Source: Octopus vulgaris (taxonomy: Eukaryota). Taken from it: a DNA stretch of 64,000 nucleotides. The notes below the pieces were generated by a model. That model searched no databases. It was not told where the DNA came from and saw nothing but the letters and a program-made list of their open reading frames with translations. The translations under genes were made by a program, and so were the position numbers. The stretch covers positions 89,218,001 through 89,282,000 of the forward strand of contig OX597821.1 of NCBI GenBank assembly GCA_951406725.2, in the 5' to 3' direction. Within the stretch, counting starts at the first letter, position 1. Each line of letters begins with the position of its first letter. This document shows, in pieces, positions 13,649-27,987 of this stretch.

Positions 13649-14458
13649 TATATACATACATATATCTGTATGTATATGTGTGTGTGTGTGCGTGTATTCA
13701 TATATACACAATACATTAGAAGTAAGTTTAAATTTTGCTTGCTCGCAATGCTATCCAGCCTAACTGTCGCATAATGGGAAAATATTCCGAAAATAATCTT
13801 AATCCTGAAAGGGCAGAAACTCTTATCTTTCGATTAGTCACAGTGACTTTGACAACGAAAAATACGATTTTTTTTTTACAGTAAATGTTTCTATTTTCGC
13901 TTCTGTTAAACACAATACTATAATGATTTAGAAATATTTTTAAGTGAATGTGATTTAAAAATTGTAAGCTGTTTGTGCAGTAAGTATTTATATTTTAGCT
14001 AGCTTTCTATAAACAAACAATATTTTATTGTTTCCTAAAAAAATTTTCAAGTGAATACCATTACAAAAATTTTGGGGGATATTCAAAATATATTTTAAAG
14101 TGAAATGGCTTTAAAAATATTTCGTAAAAGAGCCGTTCGTAACCTCTGTGTGAAATAGTTATTTTTCTTCATAGGTTTTTTTCGAGTGCATTCAACGTAT
14201 CTCACCACCAAAGATTTGGCTACTATTTCTAGCATGCCCTGCTGCTATGAAATACCTGTTACGTGGTATCAGGGCGTGCAAGAAATAGCAGCCAAATCTT
14301 CCCTTTTCTGGTGAAAGGAACCGTTTACGTGTGATTTTGATGTCACATTCGTTGAAATCATGCGAAATAACATGGAAAAGAAAGAAACCCACGAAACAAA
14401 ACTCCGTTGGTGGGAAACGCAGAGTTTCCCGGTGACCCAACGGGTCGCGAGTAGTCTA

Positions 14459-14504
<46 letters not shown>

Positions 14505-14506
<2 letters not shown>

Positions 14507-14914
14507 TTTACTCTTTTACTTGTTTCAGTCATTTGACTGCGGCCATGCTGGAGCACCGCCTTTTTTAGTCGAGCAAATCGACCCGGGACTTATTCTTTGT
14601 AAGCCCAGTACTTATTCTATCGGTCTGTTTTGCCGAACCGCTAAGTGACGGGGACGTAAACACACCAGCATCGGTTGTCAAGCAATACTAGGGGGACAAA
14701 CACAGACACACAAACATACACGCACATATATATATATATATACATATACACGACAGGCTTCTTTCAGTTTCCGTCTACCAAATCCACTCACAAGGCATTG
14801 GTCGGCCCGGGGCTATAGCAGAAGACACTTGCCCAAGATGCCACGCAGTGGGACTGAACCCGGAACCCATGTGGTTGGTTAGCAAACTACTTACTACACA
14901 GCCACTCCTGCGCC
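14505..14914 (-). mobile_element. SINE family A, full-length young copy
   Basis: Reverse complement of the 7218 and 21893 copies, inserted between (TA)n tracts. Confidence 0.9.
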
Positions 14915-14940
14915 TATATATATATATATATATATATATA

Positions 14941-15115
14941 TAGGTAGGTAGGTAGGTAGGTAGGTAGGTAGGTAGGTAGGTAGGTAGGTAGGTAAGTAGG
15001 TAGGCAGGCAGGTAGGTAGGTAGGTAGGTAGGTAGGTAGGTAGGTAGGTAGGTAGGTAGGTAGGTAGGTAGGTAGGTAGGTAGGTAGGTAGGTAGGTAGG
15101 TAGGTAATTAGGCAG
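14941..15115. repeat. (TAGG)n microsatellite
   Basis: Direct reading. Confidence 0.95.
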
Positions 15116-15416
15116 GTAAGTATGCTTTTTCCCTATTCCGGGGTTCACATAGTTATTTCAAGGATCATCGCTTAGATACTCTACAAATTGAGATGGAGTA
15201 GCTGTACGTTTTGGCCACCTTTCTGGGGAGTTACTGAAAATAATTAACAATATGATGATAAAGTTTCTCACCCAGTTATATAACAAAATCTAAGGTGAGT
15301 GAATGCTCTGGTAATATCCTGCAGAGAATTCTTCGTTAGTGTGTAGAACGAAATGCCGAAAACCAACTCGGGAAAGCGCATATGAGGATCCAGTATTTTT
15401 ATATCGGGATCCTCGT

Positions 15417-15891
15417 GAAGAAGAAGAAGAAGAAGAAGAAGAAGAAGAAAGAAGAAGAAGACAAAGAGGAAGAAGAAAAAGAAGAAGACGAAGAAGAAGA
15501 TAAGGAAGAAGAAGGAGACGAAGGAGAAGGAGAGGAAGAGAAGAAGAAGAAGAAGAAGGAGAAGAAGAAGAAGAAGAAGAAGAAGAAGAAGAAGAAGAAG
15601 AAGAAGAAGAAGAAGAAGAAGGAGAAGAAGTAGAAGAAGAAGAAGAAGAAGAAGAAGAAGAAGAAGAAGAAGAAGAAGAAGAAGAAGAAGAAGAAGAAGA
15701 AGAAGAAGAAGAAGAAGAAGAAGAAGAAGGAGGAGGAGGAGAAGGAGGAGGAGGAGGAGAAGAAGAAGAAGAAGAAGAAGAAGAAGAAAAAGAAGAAGAA
15801 GGAAAAGAAGAAGAAGAGGAAGAAGAAGAAGCAGAAGAAGAAGAAGAAGAAGAAGAAGAAGAAGAAGAAGAAGAAGAAGAAGAAGAAGAAG
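15417..15891. repeat. (GAA)n/(GAG)n trinucleotide tract, ~470 bp
   Basis: Direct reading; it explains the poly-L/S/F/K ORFs. Confidence 0.95.
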
Positions 15892-17463
15892 GCACCTAGA
15901 ATTACGTTGCCTATCATTTTTGAAGCAGGCACACCTTTTAATATCGCACGAAGACTTTTTAAGTCCTCGTCCAATGCCAGCACTTTGTGCTGTATCAATA
16001 GACCGAAGTGATGTCTCAATATTCGAAACTTCTTCAACAGAACTTAATTCTTGCTGACATACACTGAACTGAGACCGGGAGTACAGCTGTTTGATTCGGC
16101 CATTCCTTATATCTAGCGTCTCCTCATCCTCTGACAACTTCAGATTCACAAATATGGACTGTAATGCTTAGAGATACCTCAGAATGAGATTTGTCAGACA
16201 TAAACTTCATTTTCTTAGCCTGAGTTTTAGACATTCTTTAGCTGCTTTGGTACAATTTTGTCTTCTGTGTACCTGACTCCTGAAAATCCATGGATAGATT
16301 GCTCATATTTCCAGCAAAATAGGTTGTCTTTGCAATTTTTTGAACACACAACACACACGTTCACAGTTTGATTCGGAGACGTTTCTCCGATGGAAAAGGC
16401 ATCATACTCTTCTGAGGATGCAGTAATAGCAGTCAAGACATTTTCAAATTGTTCTTCATCCCACACTAATTCAAACACTTTCTCTGGAAAAGGAGTTGTG
16501 GACAGTTCAACTCTAGGAGCACAGCCAAACATAGCCTCATGAGGCGTTCTCTTTATGTCAGAATAAAGCGATCTGTTCTTCATTAATTGAATAAACTTAA
16601 GCCCACGACTCAATGAAGTAGACTGGATGCTTTGCATCCAAGTTCTTAGCATATTTTCGACGTCTTGGTTGGCCTTCTCAACGCTACCTTGACTCTGACT
16701 ATACTTTGGATTAACACCTACGATTCTTAAGAACCGGCCAAGTTATTTTCAAGTCGTCTATATGTTTATTACAGAGATCCCTGCCGTTGTCGGACTGTAG
16801 AATACATGGAGCACCAAGCAATAAAAATATATCGAGCGACTGCGTAGTGACTTCTTCTGCCCTCTTTGTTTGAAGAGGTCTTAAAACTACAAACTTCGTT
16901 AAGTGGTTTTGATAAACTAAAATAAATTTATAGTTTCCATCAGGTTGAGATTGAAAATCTATAAGGTCTACTTGACATCTTGAAATGAGATGCGGAAATA
17001 CCAAGAACTTAACCACAATGTCTTTCTTTCATTTATTTCTTTTTTGTTGCCAAGGTTCGCAAACACTTAAAAATAGCTTTATTTCATTCTGAGTAATGCT
17101 TTTTTTATCGACGATTGAGTTCCTTTATCATACGGTCTCTACCGTCATGTCCAGTAGATATATGAGTTTGGTATAAAATATCGAACAGTGCATCGCTTAA
17201 ACAATAAAAGACGGCATCAGGTTTTGCATCTGTCACCGGCACAATACATTTTTCTACTCCTTGAACTTCAAGAACATCATAACGCTTAATTAACCAATAG
17301 TCAAGTGATACTTTTTTTGTATGCTATTTTTGCATTCTATAATTCTGCTACCAAACTTAACAAATCTTTACAAGTAAGCACAGCACTGTTTTCTTTTGTC
17401 TCATGCTTATTTAACAAATGTCTAAACCGTTCTTTTCTATTTATCTGTTCCTCTCTCGCCCAT
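15892..17463 (-). pseudogene. Decayed KRBA2/SCAND3-like DDE integrase (rve) of a Ginger-type DNA transposon
   Basis: HISTGHDGRDRM..C zinc-binding region; RCQVDLIDFQSQPDGNYKFILVYQNHLTKFVVLRPLQTKRAEEV; GAPCILQSDNGR; QSQGSVEKANQDVENMLRTWMQ; C-terminal Cys-rich CDIKRCACFKNDRQRNSRC. Several stops and frameshifts. Confidence 0.88.
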
Positions 17464-17669
17464 TCCATACTCATGTTTTTAAATCAAATTTGCAAATATA
17501 TGCACGTTCAAATTAACTAAAGAAACACGTACTCTACTTGACGGTTAGCATCAGACCAAGAGGGCTACGAAATACAACATAACCAGTTCATACAACGTTC
17601 ACGTACCGTCTTTAAGATTTTAACGATAGGGCAATCGTTATTCTATAAAATAACTGAATTTTATACTTT

Positions 17670-17865
17670 AGAAACGTTAGCATGCCGGACAAAATCCTTA
17701 GCTGAATTTCGTCTGTCTTTACGTTCTGAGTTCTAATTCTACCGAGGTTGACTTTGCCTTTCATCCTTTCGGAGTCTATAAATTAAGTATCACTTGCGTA
17801 CTGGGGTCGATCTAATCGACTGGCCTCCTCCCCTAAAATGTCTGGCCTTGTGCCTAGAGTAGAAA
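17670..17865 (+). mobile_element. SINE family B copy
   Basis: agaaacgttagcatgccgg...gttctgagttctaattctaccgaggttgactttgcctttcatcc...ctggggtcgat. Confidence 0.8.
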
Positions 17866-18465
17866 TTTATATATACATATTCACAGACACATGAATGTAT
17901 GTATGTATGTATGTATGTATGTATGTATGCACTAACTGATATGCTAGCAGAATTTTGTTTCAAAACTATGCTGCAGTACAGAATATAGATTTTAACCGAT
18001 ACACTATGCAATGGCCAGATGTAAATATTTTGTCTTTAAATGCAATGACTTCTTAGAGAGAGAAAAAGTAGCAGTTTGACTATCTTTAATACTGTATTGA
18101 AATTTCAGCAGTGACCAAATACGCTGCTAAACTTCCCACAGAGACACGGATTCATAGCTTATAAATCTACTATTTCTACGTGATGAATTTGCATATACGT
18201 TTGCATATATAAAGCCTTCGTGTTTGTTGATTCTGTATAATACTTAGTGGTGATTCGGTATGAAACTTACTGATGGTTTTAAATATTTTGCAACAAAATA
18301 TATGCATAATTTTTAGTCAACACTCTGTGCGACTGACAGCCATAAAAACCTTGTCTTTAAATAAAATATCTTCGTAGGCACAAAATTGGATATTATATGA
18401 ACTTGTTTCAATCTTACGTTTGGGATTTCACCATATGAACGTGTATATTTTGTGTATCTATGCAA

Positions 18466-18716
<251 letters not shown>

Positions 18717-20419
18717 TACATATATACACAGGTGTATGTTTGTGTGCATCGAGTAGAGAACTGTAATGCAGGAGAAATAAACTGCTTGCCAAGCCGATTT
18801 AGGAATATGTTTTTGGTTTTCAATTATAGCGATTTTACTATGCTTTCATATTTAATTCTCTTGTGGAAATCCTGGATATCGCAGAATCTCATTTTCACCG
18901 CACTGATATATCTGAGTAAAGAGATCAATTTTTATCTATATAAATGATAAGTGCTTAGGAGTAGTAATAAACTTCTGGTAAATTGAATCCACAGCTTTTG
19001 GTGGTAGAGATTTCACATCTCTCACACAGCTAATTACAATGCCAGGAACATAATTCAAGACAAACGGGAACATTACACAATCTTATTTCCTTTCCTTATA
19101 AATCTATGGGTATTATGTCTCATAGGATAACCAAAATGGTTCTCTCCTAAGGTGTCAGCAGATGTTATATAATAGAATGTATGTTCTGATATAAAACAAA
19201 GCATTGTGATTCATTTCCTATACATCGCTCAGTAGTTATAAAACTTTTCAAGATTCTTAGAAGCAAGTGAATTATATTTTATTACTGGTGGATACAGCTA
19301 TATCTTGTCAATATGTTTTTAGATGGTTGCTAAAATGTATCCAGTTCTACATCTGTAACATAAATATCCTAATGGCCTTTGGATCGTTATTGACAAATTT
19401 CACGTTTATTTCAATTATTAAATTAGCAATATCTTTTTTTTGAATAATCATTGTGTCTTTCCAAAAGCCTTCATTTATTTTTTACATGTACTTATTTTTA
19501 TTTATGTCGTATTCCTATTAATGGACTCTAGCATCGTTGAGCACAGTGTATCCTACATGCCAAATATTCGCTCTCGGTCTCGGTAGTTATGACGATGCAG
19601 AACTAATTTCACCAGGATCTTGAAAACTAACCTGCTTTCCTGTTTTCGTGCCGTTTACATCATGCACTGATATAAATTGGTATATGCCTCAGTGAAATAT
19701 ATTAATGTACATGTGTGTGAGTGAGTGAGTGAGTGAGTGAGGCATTGGTTAGTTCAAGCTTTTGTTTGTGTGCGTATGTTTTACCGCAATTTCTATCTAC
19801 CAAATTCTAATTACAAGGCATTGGTTAGTTCAAGGTTTCGATACAGGACCAAAAACGTGCAGAAAAAGTTTTGAATCATGCAATTGTGAAGTGCAATACT
19901 TAAACACACAGCAAAACTTGCGTCTCACATGCATATGTAATACTATCCATATATTGTATGTATACATGTATAATTATATTTCCATGTATATATGCACGTA
20001 TGTATGCATATTGATACAAGCTTAAGTGCCTGCGATAGTTGCTCTGGGTTTCCCGCTGCTAAATATTCCCATGATTGAGAGGAGGCAGCGTGGCAATCTA
20101 TAGATATACATATTTGTAAAAATATTAAAGTATGAGTAGTCAATCGAACTTGGATTGGATACAAATTTGGACACAAAACAACAGCACCAGATAATGCGTC
20201 ATATATTCTTCAATTCTATTATTATATGGAAAATACGTGATATTACAAGTTTATTTGCACGAAAGAACATATGGTTATGTGTGTGTCTAAATCACAAAAA
20301 GAAACTGGCTTTTGCTAATATAGTCGAAGTGCTGATCAAAACTAAAAGCTTATTCTTCTATATGTAACCATTTGAAGATTACGGTAAATCAACGATACTG
20401 AAAATGAATTATTTTAAAG

Positions 20420-20850
20420 ATTTGGTAAAATATCTCAACAAATGTCGATGGGAATGACTTCCAGAATTCACCAATTCCGATCCTTGTTCAAAATCTTGGA
20501 AGACGGTAATATTATGCGATACTTTTCCGAGAGACACAAATCATACAAACTATAAATGTACTGCATGCTTGCAGCATTATAATCAATTATATAACTGACA
20601 TTTTCATCTTTATAATCTTTAAAACTCCAGATATATTTGGATCTATATAGATTTATGTAGATAGAAAACTTTCCAGGTGTTGAAGTGCATATATATGTTA
20701 CAAAAATCTGTTTAAAACGATACTCTGTAAGCCCTATGTGTTTCACTGTTGTTTGCACGAGAGATCTCAGGTTGATACATTAATGCTCTGGGAGACTCCT
20801 TCGACTGAAAGAAAAATATATTAAGATTGTTGCAATTGGAGAGAAAAGAA
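20420..20850 (-). pseudogene. Penelope-like GIY-YIG endonuclease remnant
   Basis: KHIGLTEYRFKQ...SKYIWSFKD...DLCLSEKYRII...ILNKDR matches the PLE pattern YIGxTExxFK...LSxYIWxLK...CxLCLxEK...LLNKR. Confidence 0.75.
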
Positions 20851-21057
20851 GTGTTCGTATTGAACTGGTTTCCTCTTTTTATAGTGGCCAAAGAAGCAGC
20901 AAAGTTTTCGATACAATAACATCACCCATTGAAGTAGTAGTTATTAGCAACGTAGTGATATTTCTTGTCCATGGGGAAGTGATGATACATAAGGATTCGT
21001 AAAATTCTACAAAGTGTGGAACGAACAATTAAACTATGTGATTGATTATGCTATATA

Positions 21058-21115
21058 TTTTATTTTATTTTATCTAGTTTCAGCTCACGAGCTGTGGCCA
21101 TGCTGGGGCACCGCC
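21058..21115 (-). mobile_element. Short 5'-truncated retroposon 3' end related to the SINE A tail
   Basis: Minus strand ggcggtgccccagcatggccacagctcgtgagctgaaactagataaaataaaa. Imperfect flanking duplication attatgctatat/attatactgtat. Confidence 0.65.
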
Positions 21116-21892
21116 ATTATACTGTATCACTAGCTTTTAATTCTATTGCAATTGCGCCTAAGCATACTGGCATCTAAGCATACTAAGCATACAACTCATG
21201 AGGCCCAACAAGGCAGAAAGGCATCCAATTTTCTCATTCGCCGCTGCGTTTTCCTGTGATATATACATATATTGCGTTTCTAAAGATAGCGCATCCATAG
21301 GAGATACTATATCCGGTCGGATTCCACAGTAAATATTGCCTCTCACAATGAATTTGCATTATGTATGATTCATAAAAGGCCATTTTAATCCAATTATGCT
21401 TCTGTTGCAACATAATGGAGATTTTATTCGGCAGGAGGGCTGCCTGTTGCAAGACTATCAGAAAGCTACATACAAACATAAAGAGACAACAAATTCAGCA
21501 CCCTAGTCGCTGTATGTGAAAAGTATCATGATCATTGGACAACTGTATGTATCCTTTCAGAAAAAGAAAGGATACATACATAAATAAATATATAATAAAA
21601 GGGTAAAATCAATAACAATTTTACCAGGTGGTCAGTGCAGAAATATAAATGTCATAGGTAAATTTTACAAAATATTTTATAATTATATACGTAATTATAA
21701 CAATAGATCGGATTTATGCCTCACCACGCACTGCAAGAAATAGACGCTAAAGCCACTGTTACCACCTTAAAATCTCCGAGAATAACACACTATATTGTAG
21801 ACGAGCAAAAGAAAAATAATGAATCAACAAGGTTCGGTTAACTGCGTACAAAATCGTATTTCAAGCATAAAGTAAAAAATATTTTACCTTTA

Positions 21893-22297
21893 GGCGCAGG
21901 AGTGGCTGTGTGGTAAGTAGCTTGTTTACCAACCACATGATTCCGGGTTCAGTCCCACTGCGTGGCACCTTGGGGAAGTGTCTTCTGCTATAGCCTCGGG
22001 CCGACCAAAGCCTTGTGAGTGGATTTGGTAGATGGAAACTGAAAGAAGCCCGTCGTATATATGTATATATATATGCGTGTGTGTGTTTGTGTGTCTGTGT
22101 TTGTCCCCCTAGCATTGCTTGACAACCGATGCTGGTGTGTTTATGTCCCCGTTACTTAGCGGTTCGGCAAAAAAGACCGATAGAATAAGTACTGGGCTTA
22201 CAAAAGAGTAAGTCCCGGGGTCGAGTTGCTCGATTAAAGGCGGTGCTCCAGCATGGCCGCAGTCAAATGACTGAAACAAGTAAAAGAGTAAAAGAGT
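21893..22297 (+). mobile_element. SINE family A, full-length young copy
   Basis: ggcgcaggagtggctgtgtggtaag...ccgggttcagtccc...gtaaaagagtaaaagagt. Confidence 0.92.
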
Positions 22298-22446
22298 ACC
22301 GCTCTCATCAGCGACAGTATTCCACAGCATACATTTACGAGTATCTCAAAATATACATGCGATCGGCCACACCGCATGACCAATATCCATCCACACTCGT
22401 AAAAATATACTGCCAAGTAGAATTCACATATTTCTTTTATACCCAC

Positions 22447-22900
22447 TACACGTGGGTATCAAAGAAAGATGTGAATTAGTGTGGCAACTGCAGCCAGAAT
22501 TAGTCATGAAAATCTGAACGTGAGCAAAATTTATGCCAATTTGTTCCCAGTGTACTCAAGTGACAAGAATCCTGGTAATCATCTACTTGACAGTGATGGG
22601 TATTTCTTACCTTACCTAAAGTCCCTACCTTGCTCCCTGTGACTTTTGGTTATTCCCTACGCTGAAGGAGAACGTCAGGGGCAGTCCATTCGAAGACATT
22701 GAAAAAATGAAATATGTTGTGGCTGGAGTCTAGGACAGCTTCATTTTGGAGGACTTCCATGTTGCCTTCACAAAATGGTTGGAGCCCTACATGTGCATTG
22801 GAGCTAGAGGACCCTAGTTGGAAGAAGCGTTAGAGTCTGTACTTTTTGAAATTAATAAATGACACTTCTAAAAGCGTCTCAAAACTTTTGGAATGTACGT
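22447..22900 (+). mobile_element. Degenerate internally deleted mariner (C-terminal transposase)
   Basis: cttgctccctgtgacttttggttattccct translates as LAPCDFWLFPTLKENVRGSPFEDIEKMK. Confidence 0.7.
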
Positions 22901-24039
22901 GATAGCTATAATTGTATCAACTGTAATTGATAAATTGACTACCGCTTTTTTATCGGCAAATACTTCAAACAAAATATCTATAATTTTCCATGAGAACCAA
23001 TCCAGATGAGACAAAAAATATTCTTTACTGTCTCTCCTAATGTTAAATTTTCTTTTTCTATTTCAAAAGAGTTTGTAGCTTACGTTTCTAACAAAACTTC
23101 AATCGAATACATAAATCTGTCATTTTTAGTTCGAAAATGAGGTATGTATCACTGCATCATATTTAATCAGAGCCTGCTAGCATGCTTCTGGTGGGGCTGT
23201 TTTAAACTCAGACACAGTTTATGGATCAAAAGACAAAATCGATCTATTATTTAACCGACTGGCTAATGTTATTCTGACCCTTACAAATTTATAGATACGA
23301 TATCCTAATAAAGCATAACAGGTTATACGTAGAAAGATGTTTGGCACTACAATATACTATAATTAAATTATAAGTTCTGTATTTCCAAAGATTTCAAAAG
23401 AAACAGTCAATGTACAAGTTGTAATAGATTAAAGACTCCTCGAATATAAGATTAAAAGATTGTACTGTGACAAAGAAGATAAGATGGACGGGGTAGAGAG
23501 AGATGAAGAAGAAGAAGAAAGAGCTGAAAAAGAGGAACGAGGGAAATTAATGAGAGGAATCCCACTAAAACCTTAATTACGTAACGATGATTATATCATA
23601 TAAGATAAGAAAATTTGAAATAAAATCAGAAAGTATAAAAGAGGGATTCTCGGAGTCTCTATGATAGAATAATCATTCCAAATATTAGATTAAGATGAAA
23701 CTGTATGTTGATGCGGATAAGAAGATCACAGATGTGTTAGTAAAAAAAAAAAGAAAGACAGAAGGAAAAAAACAAAACCCAGAAAAATGAGGTGTAAAAA
23801 TATTTCTAGAGAATTTAGTAAAAAAAAAAAGATAAGATCATGAGATTTGACTGAACATTTCTAACAAAGAATTAGCAATGTTAAGGAATTTTATTTTAGT
23901 AAAAGACGGTGGATACATTGCTTGCCGTTATTAATTGCTGCCAGATTGGAAAGTTATACACAGACATATATACGTATACATATACGCACACGATCACACA
24001 CACATTATAATGTGTGTGTGTGTGTGTGTGTGTATGTAC

Positions 24040-25243
24040 ACACGAGGCTTATACCGAAAATAATTAAAAAGTGGGTATACTCTTTTATTAACTGACATAG
24101 CTTGTTCAAATTGCAAATTGCGCATGTCAGCAGAGTAAGGCTTCCTTTATAAAGAGGCACCAGTCTCTATCTCAAATGATCCATGTGTATCTTCCTCGAA
24201 CCCAAATCCCGAATCCAGTTTTAAAACTCCAAGTGTGCATTGTTGCATCCATTTATTCACAGCTAATGTCATATCGTCACTGTCATGAAATCGTTGTCTT
24301 CGAACACTGCTCTTAATTGTACCGAACAGATGGATGTCAGGGGGCGTCAGATTTAAGTTGTGCGCTTGGTGTCTACCAGTTTGTTGTCTGCTTGATTTGT
24401 TACTGAATACACGTGTGGTCGTGCATTATCATGAAGAATGTATATCATTTTCACGTTGTGCTTCAGTGTCATTTTTTCAATCGTCTTATTGAGTGTCTCA
24501 AGATACAGCTTGTAGTTCAAGGTAATTAAAGTCAATGGCGTCCTTGTCATCCTCACCAAAACTGTCACCATAAATTTCCGTGATTTGTGTTGGCTCTTAA
24601 ACTCTCTAAGCCAAGGAGACAATAAATGTGTAACGCATTTTCAATGGCTAAACTTTTATTTAGTGGTCATAAAAATACGACCAAATTTCATCTCTTTTCA
24701 CTAGTTCGGAAAACGTATCTTTTTTTAACTTCAAACGCTTCCAGCAGATCAGAGCATACTTCCATCTTATATTCATAAAATTAGGTGTAAACTGCTGAGT
24801 TAACTTTGATCTCACTTTCAGAAACCCAAAATCTTCCACCGTTTTCTTCAATGCATTGTGATCAGAGCTACTAATGTATTTTCAGTTGTTTGTCCGCGTG
24901 AATCAGTTTGTCTACTCGACGGGGATTCATGGCAAAAGTCGAAACAATTGTCTTCCACTGCATAGTTTTTCATCAATGTAGTTTATTAATCAATCCGTGT
25001 CCATTGCTTTTATCGATAGTGTTACACGTGTAAATGGCATGTAGCCTTCTATGGATGTCGAACAGCCTGCTCACACCTTTCATCAAGAAGTCAGTGATGG
25101 ATTTTGTTTTTACTTGGAGCCTATTATTTGCCTGCAATGAAGAACAGAAGAATTACTCTGTAAACAGCGCAATTTGAAAGAGCTATGCCAGTTAAAAAAA
25201 AAAGATATATCCACATTTCCATTACTTCGATACATTCTCTTAT
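24040..25243 (-). mobile_element. Degenerate full-size mariner element
   Basis: DEIWSYFYD and ILHDNARPHV motifs. Decayed TIRs (taccgaaaataattaaaaagtgggtatac / atatccacatttccattacttcgata). Confidence 0.75.
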
Positions 25244-25667
25244 ATAGGCTGGTAATTATTTTTATTTAGAAGCAACGGAAAATAGAATGTGCATATGTTA
25301 ATAGAGATTAAAGATTTCTAATTCATAGTTCTGATCTTCATATAGTCGAATACTAAAAGGAAAGAACATGGTAAAATAGTATATATGAAAACATATACAC
25401 TAATACATCGAAATATCAGTTATATTCAAAACTTAATTCACTAAAAGAGTCTCCCAAAGAATGAATTTGCTATATCCAAAAACATGATCACAATGAATAA
25501 AAAAAATAGCAGTTATTTAGCCCATTTATTTTCCAAGATTGTAATTTAATTGAAAATGTTTGTCTCTCAGTTTCTGCGCTTTTACACATTAGAATCTGAA
25601 TACGAAAATAGAAAAACATTACACAAACATTTTTGCACTTGAAGTGATGAATATCACGTGTGACATG

Positions 25668-25772
<105 letters not shown>

Positions 25773-26672
25773 GTATACTGAAATCAGAATCTTCAAAACC
25801 ATATTTGTGAATTTCTAGTTTCCAATCTTCATACGATTGTGATCGATTTAACAAGAGGTATTCAGTATAACAGAACATTGCAAAACAAAACGAATCACAC
25901 AAAAATCTATTTGTCAAAATAAGGCGTACCAATCTTACTATAGTTAAGTCTTTAGACGTCACTTTTAATTTAGTTTCACAAATTTATCCCTTACCCCAAA
26001 TATATTGAACAACTATTTTGTATAAGTCTTTTAATCATTTGTCAAGTATTTTCTGCAATTTAATTCTTCCTATATCTTTTGGTAACATCATTTTCTGTAG
26101 GTGAATACATATTCAGCAATGTTTCTCATTACCATAACACCTTTCTCTCTCTCTCTCTCTGTAACAGAGTATTGTCAGATTGTCCAAATTCAACACGTAA
26201 CACAGTGTAATGCTTCATATCGTAAAATTATACCTCAAAATATTCGGTGGTGTAATCCAATATATGGTTTGAGTATGAGAACAATCATAGCTAAAGAGTT
26301 ACTTAATTCAGTTTTGCTTCACTTCTAATGAACCACAAATATCACGAAATCTTTAACAGCCATTTCATTTACTTTAACAATACTTCCTATAAAATCACTT
26401 CAAGTTCCATTGAATGCTAAAAGACTTTCTAAAATAACTATTTCACCTTTTTCCTCTGCCTGTAATTCTACTGATCGTACAATTGTCCACTGGATAGTAA
26501 CTGTCTGATAAAATTATGAATATAATGACTATAAGAGAGTTAAACAATAACTGAGCTAACTATCTTATATTGAATTGAATAAACATAGTTTCAGGCTCGT
26601 CTTTACCACAAAACTTTTGCTCTTTTGAACTCGGCTATAAGCATGTGAAAACTTTATTCAAGTGTGTTTGTC

Positions 26673-26713
<41 letters not shown>

Positions 26714-26973
26714 GGTCAAGTTCATATACTTTGAGTATCAATTAGTTTATTTTTGCCATCGTATCCGTACCTTCATGAATGATTCTTTCTAAATTATTAC
26801 AAGAAACTGAAACATCACTTATATTTTTTTCCGGATTCCCACAGCTGAACGTACCATTCCAGTTTTTGTCAACATATAAACACTCACTCAAATATGTTTT
26901 TATCCAAATCTGAATCAACAAACGAATAATACAGTTCTAAATTTAAGAGACGAGGAATTATGTACATTATTTA

Positions 26974-27029
<56 letters not shown>

Positions 27030-27034
27030 GCCCA

Positions 27035-27445
<411 letters not shown>

Positions 27446-27602
27446 GAACGTTTAGACATTGTTGGAGACTGGTGGACCACGCCAAATCTTTTGATGAACT
27501 TATTTTCTCTGATATCTCAAAAATACCTTTTCTCCCTTCTGCATTTCATACTTTTTTATCTACAAATGTACATTTTATTTAAGGTGTGTGTGTGTACTCA
27601 TT

Positions 27603-27987
27603 GTGGCACTGCGTCGGTTACGACGACGAGGGTTCCGATTGCTTCGATCAACGGGACAGCCTGCTCGTGAAATTAACGTGCAAGTGACTGAGCAATCCAC
27701 AGACACGTGTAGCCTTAACATAGTTCTCAGGGAGATTCAGTGTGACCACAGAGTATGACAAGGTTGGCCCTTTAAAATACAGGTACAACAGAAACAGGAA
27801 GAAAGAGAGTGAGAGAAAGTTGTGGTAAAAGAGTACAGCAGGGTTTACCCCACCCCCTTGCCGGAGACTCGTGGAGCTTTAGATGTTTTCGCTCAATAAA
27901 CACTCACAACTCCCGGTCTGGGAATCGAAACCGCGATCCTACGACCGTGAGTCCGCTGCCCTAACCACTGCGCCATTGCGCCTCCAC
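27603..27987 (-). mobile_element. tRNA-derived SINE family C (diverged)
   Basis: Minus-strand head ggaggcgcaatggcgcagtggttagggcagcggactc...ggtttcgattccc. Same family as the 49898 and 55996 copies. Confidence 0.88.

Noticed and set aside
15268-16149. 293-aa and overlapping long ORFs (poly-L, poly-S, poly-F)
   Set aside because: Translations of the (GAA)n tract; only the first ~85 aa belong to the integrase remnant.
19000-19500. Possible upstream Penelope RT/thumb remnant
   Set aside because: Only faint motif resemblance; cannot be supported without a translated search.
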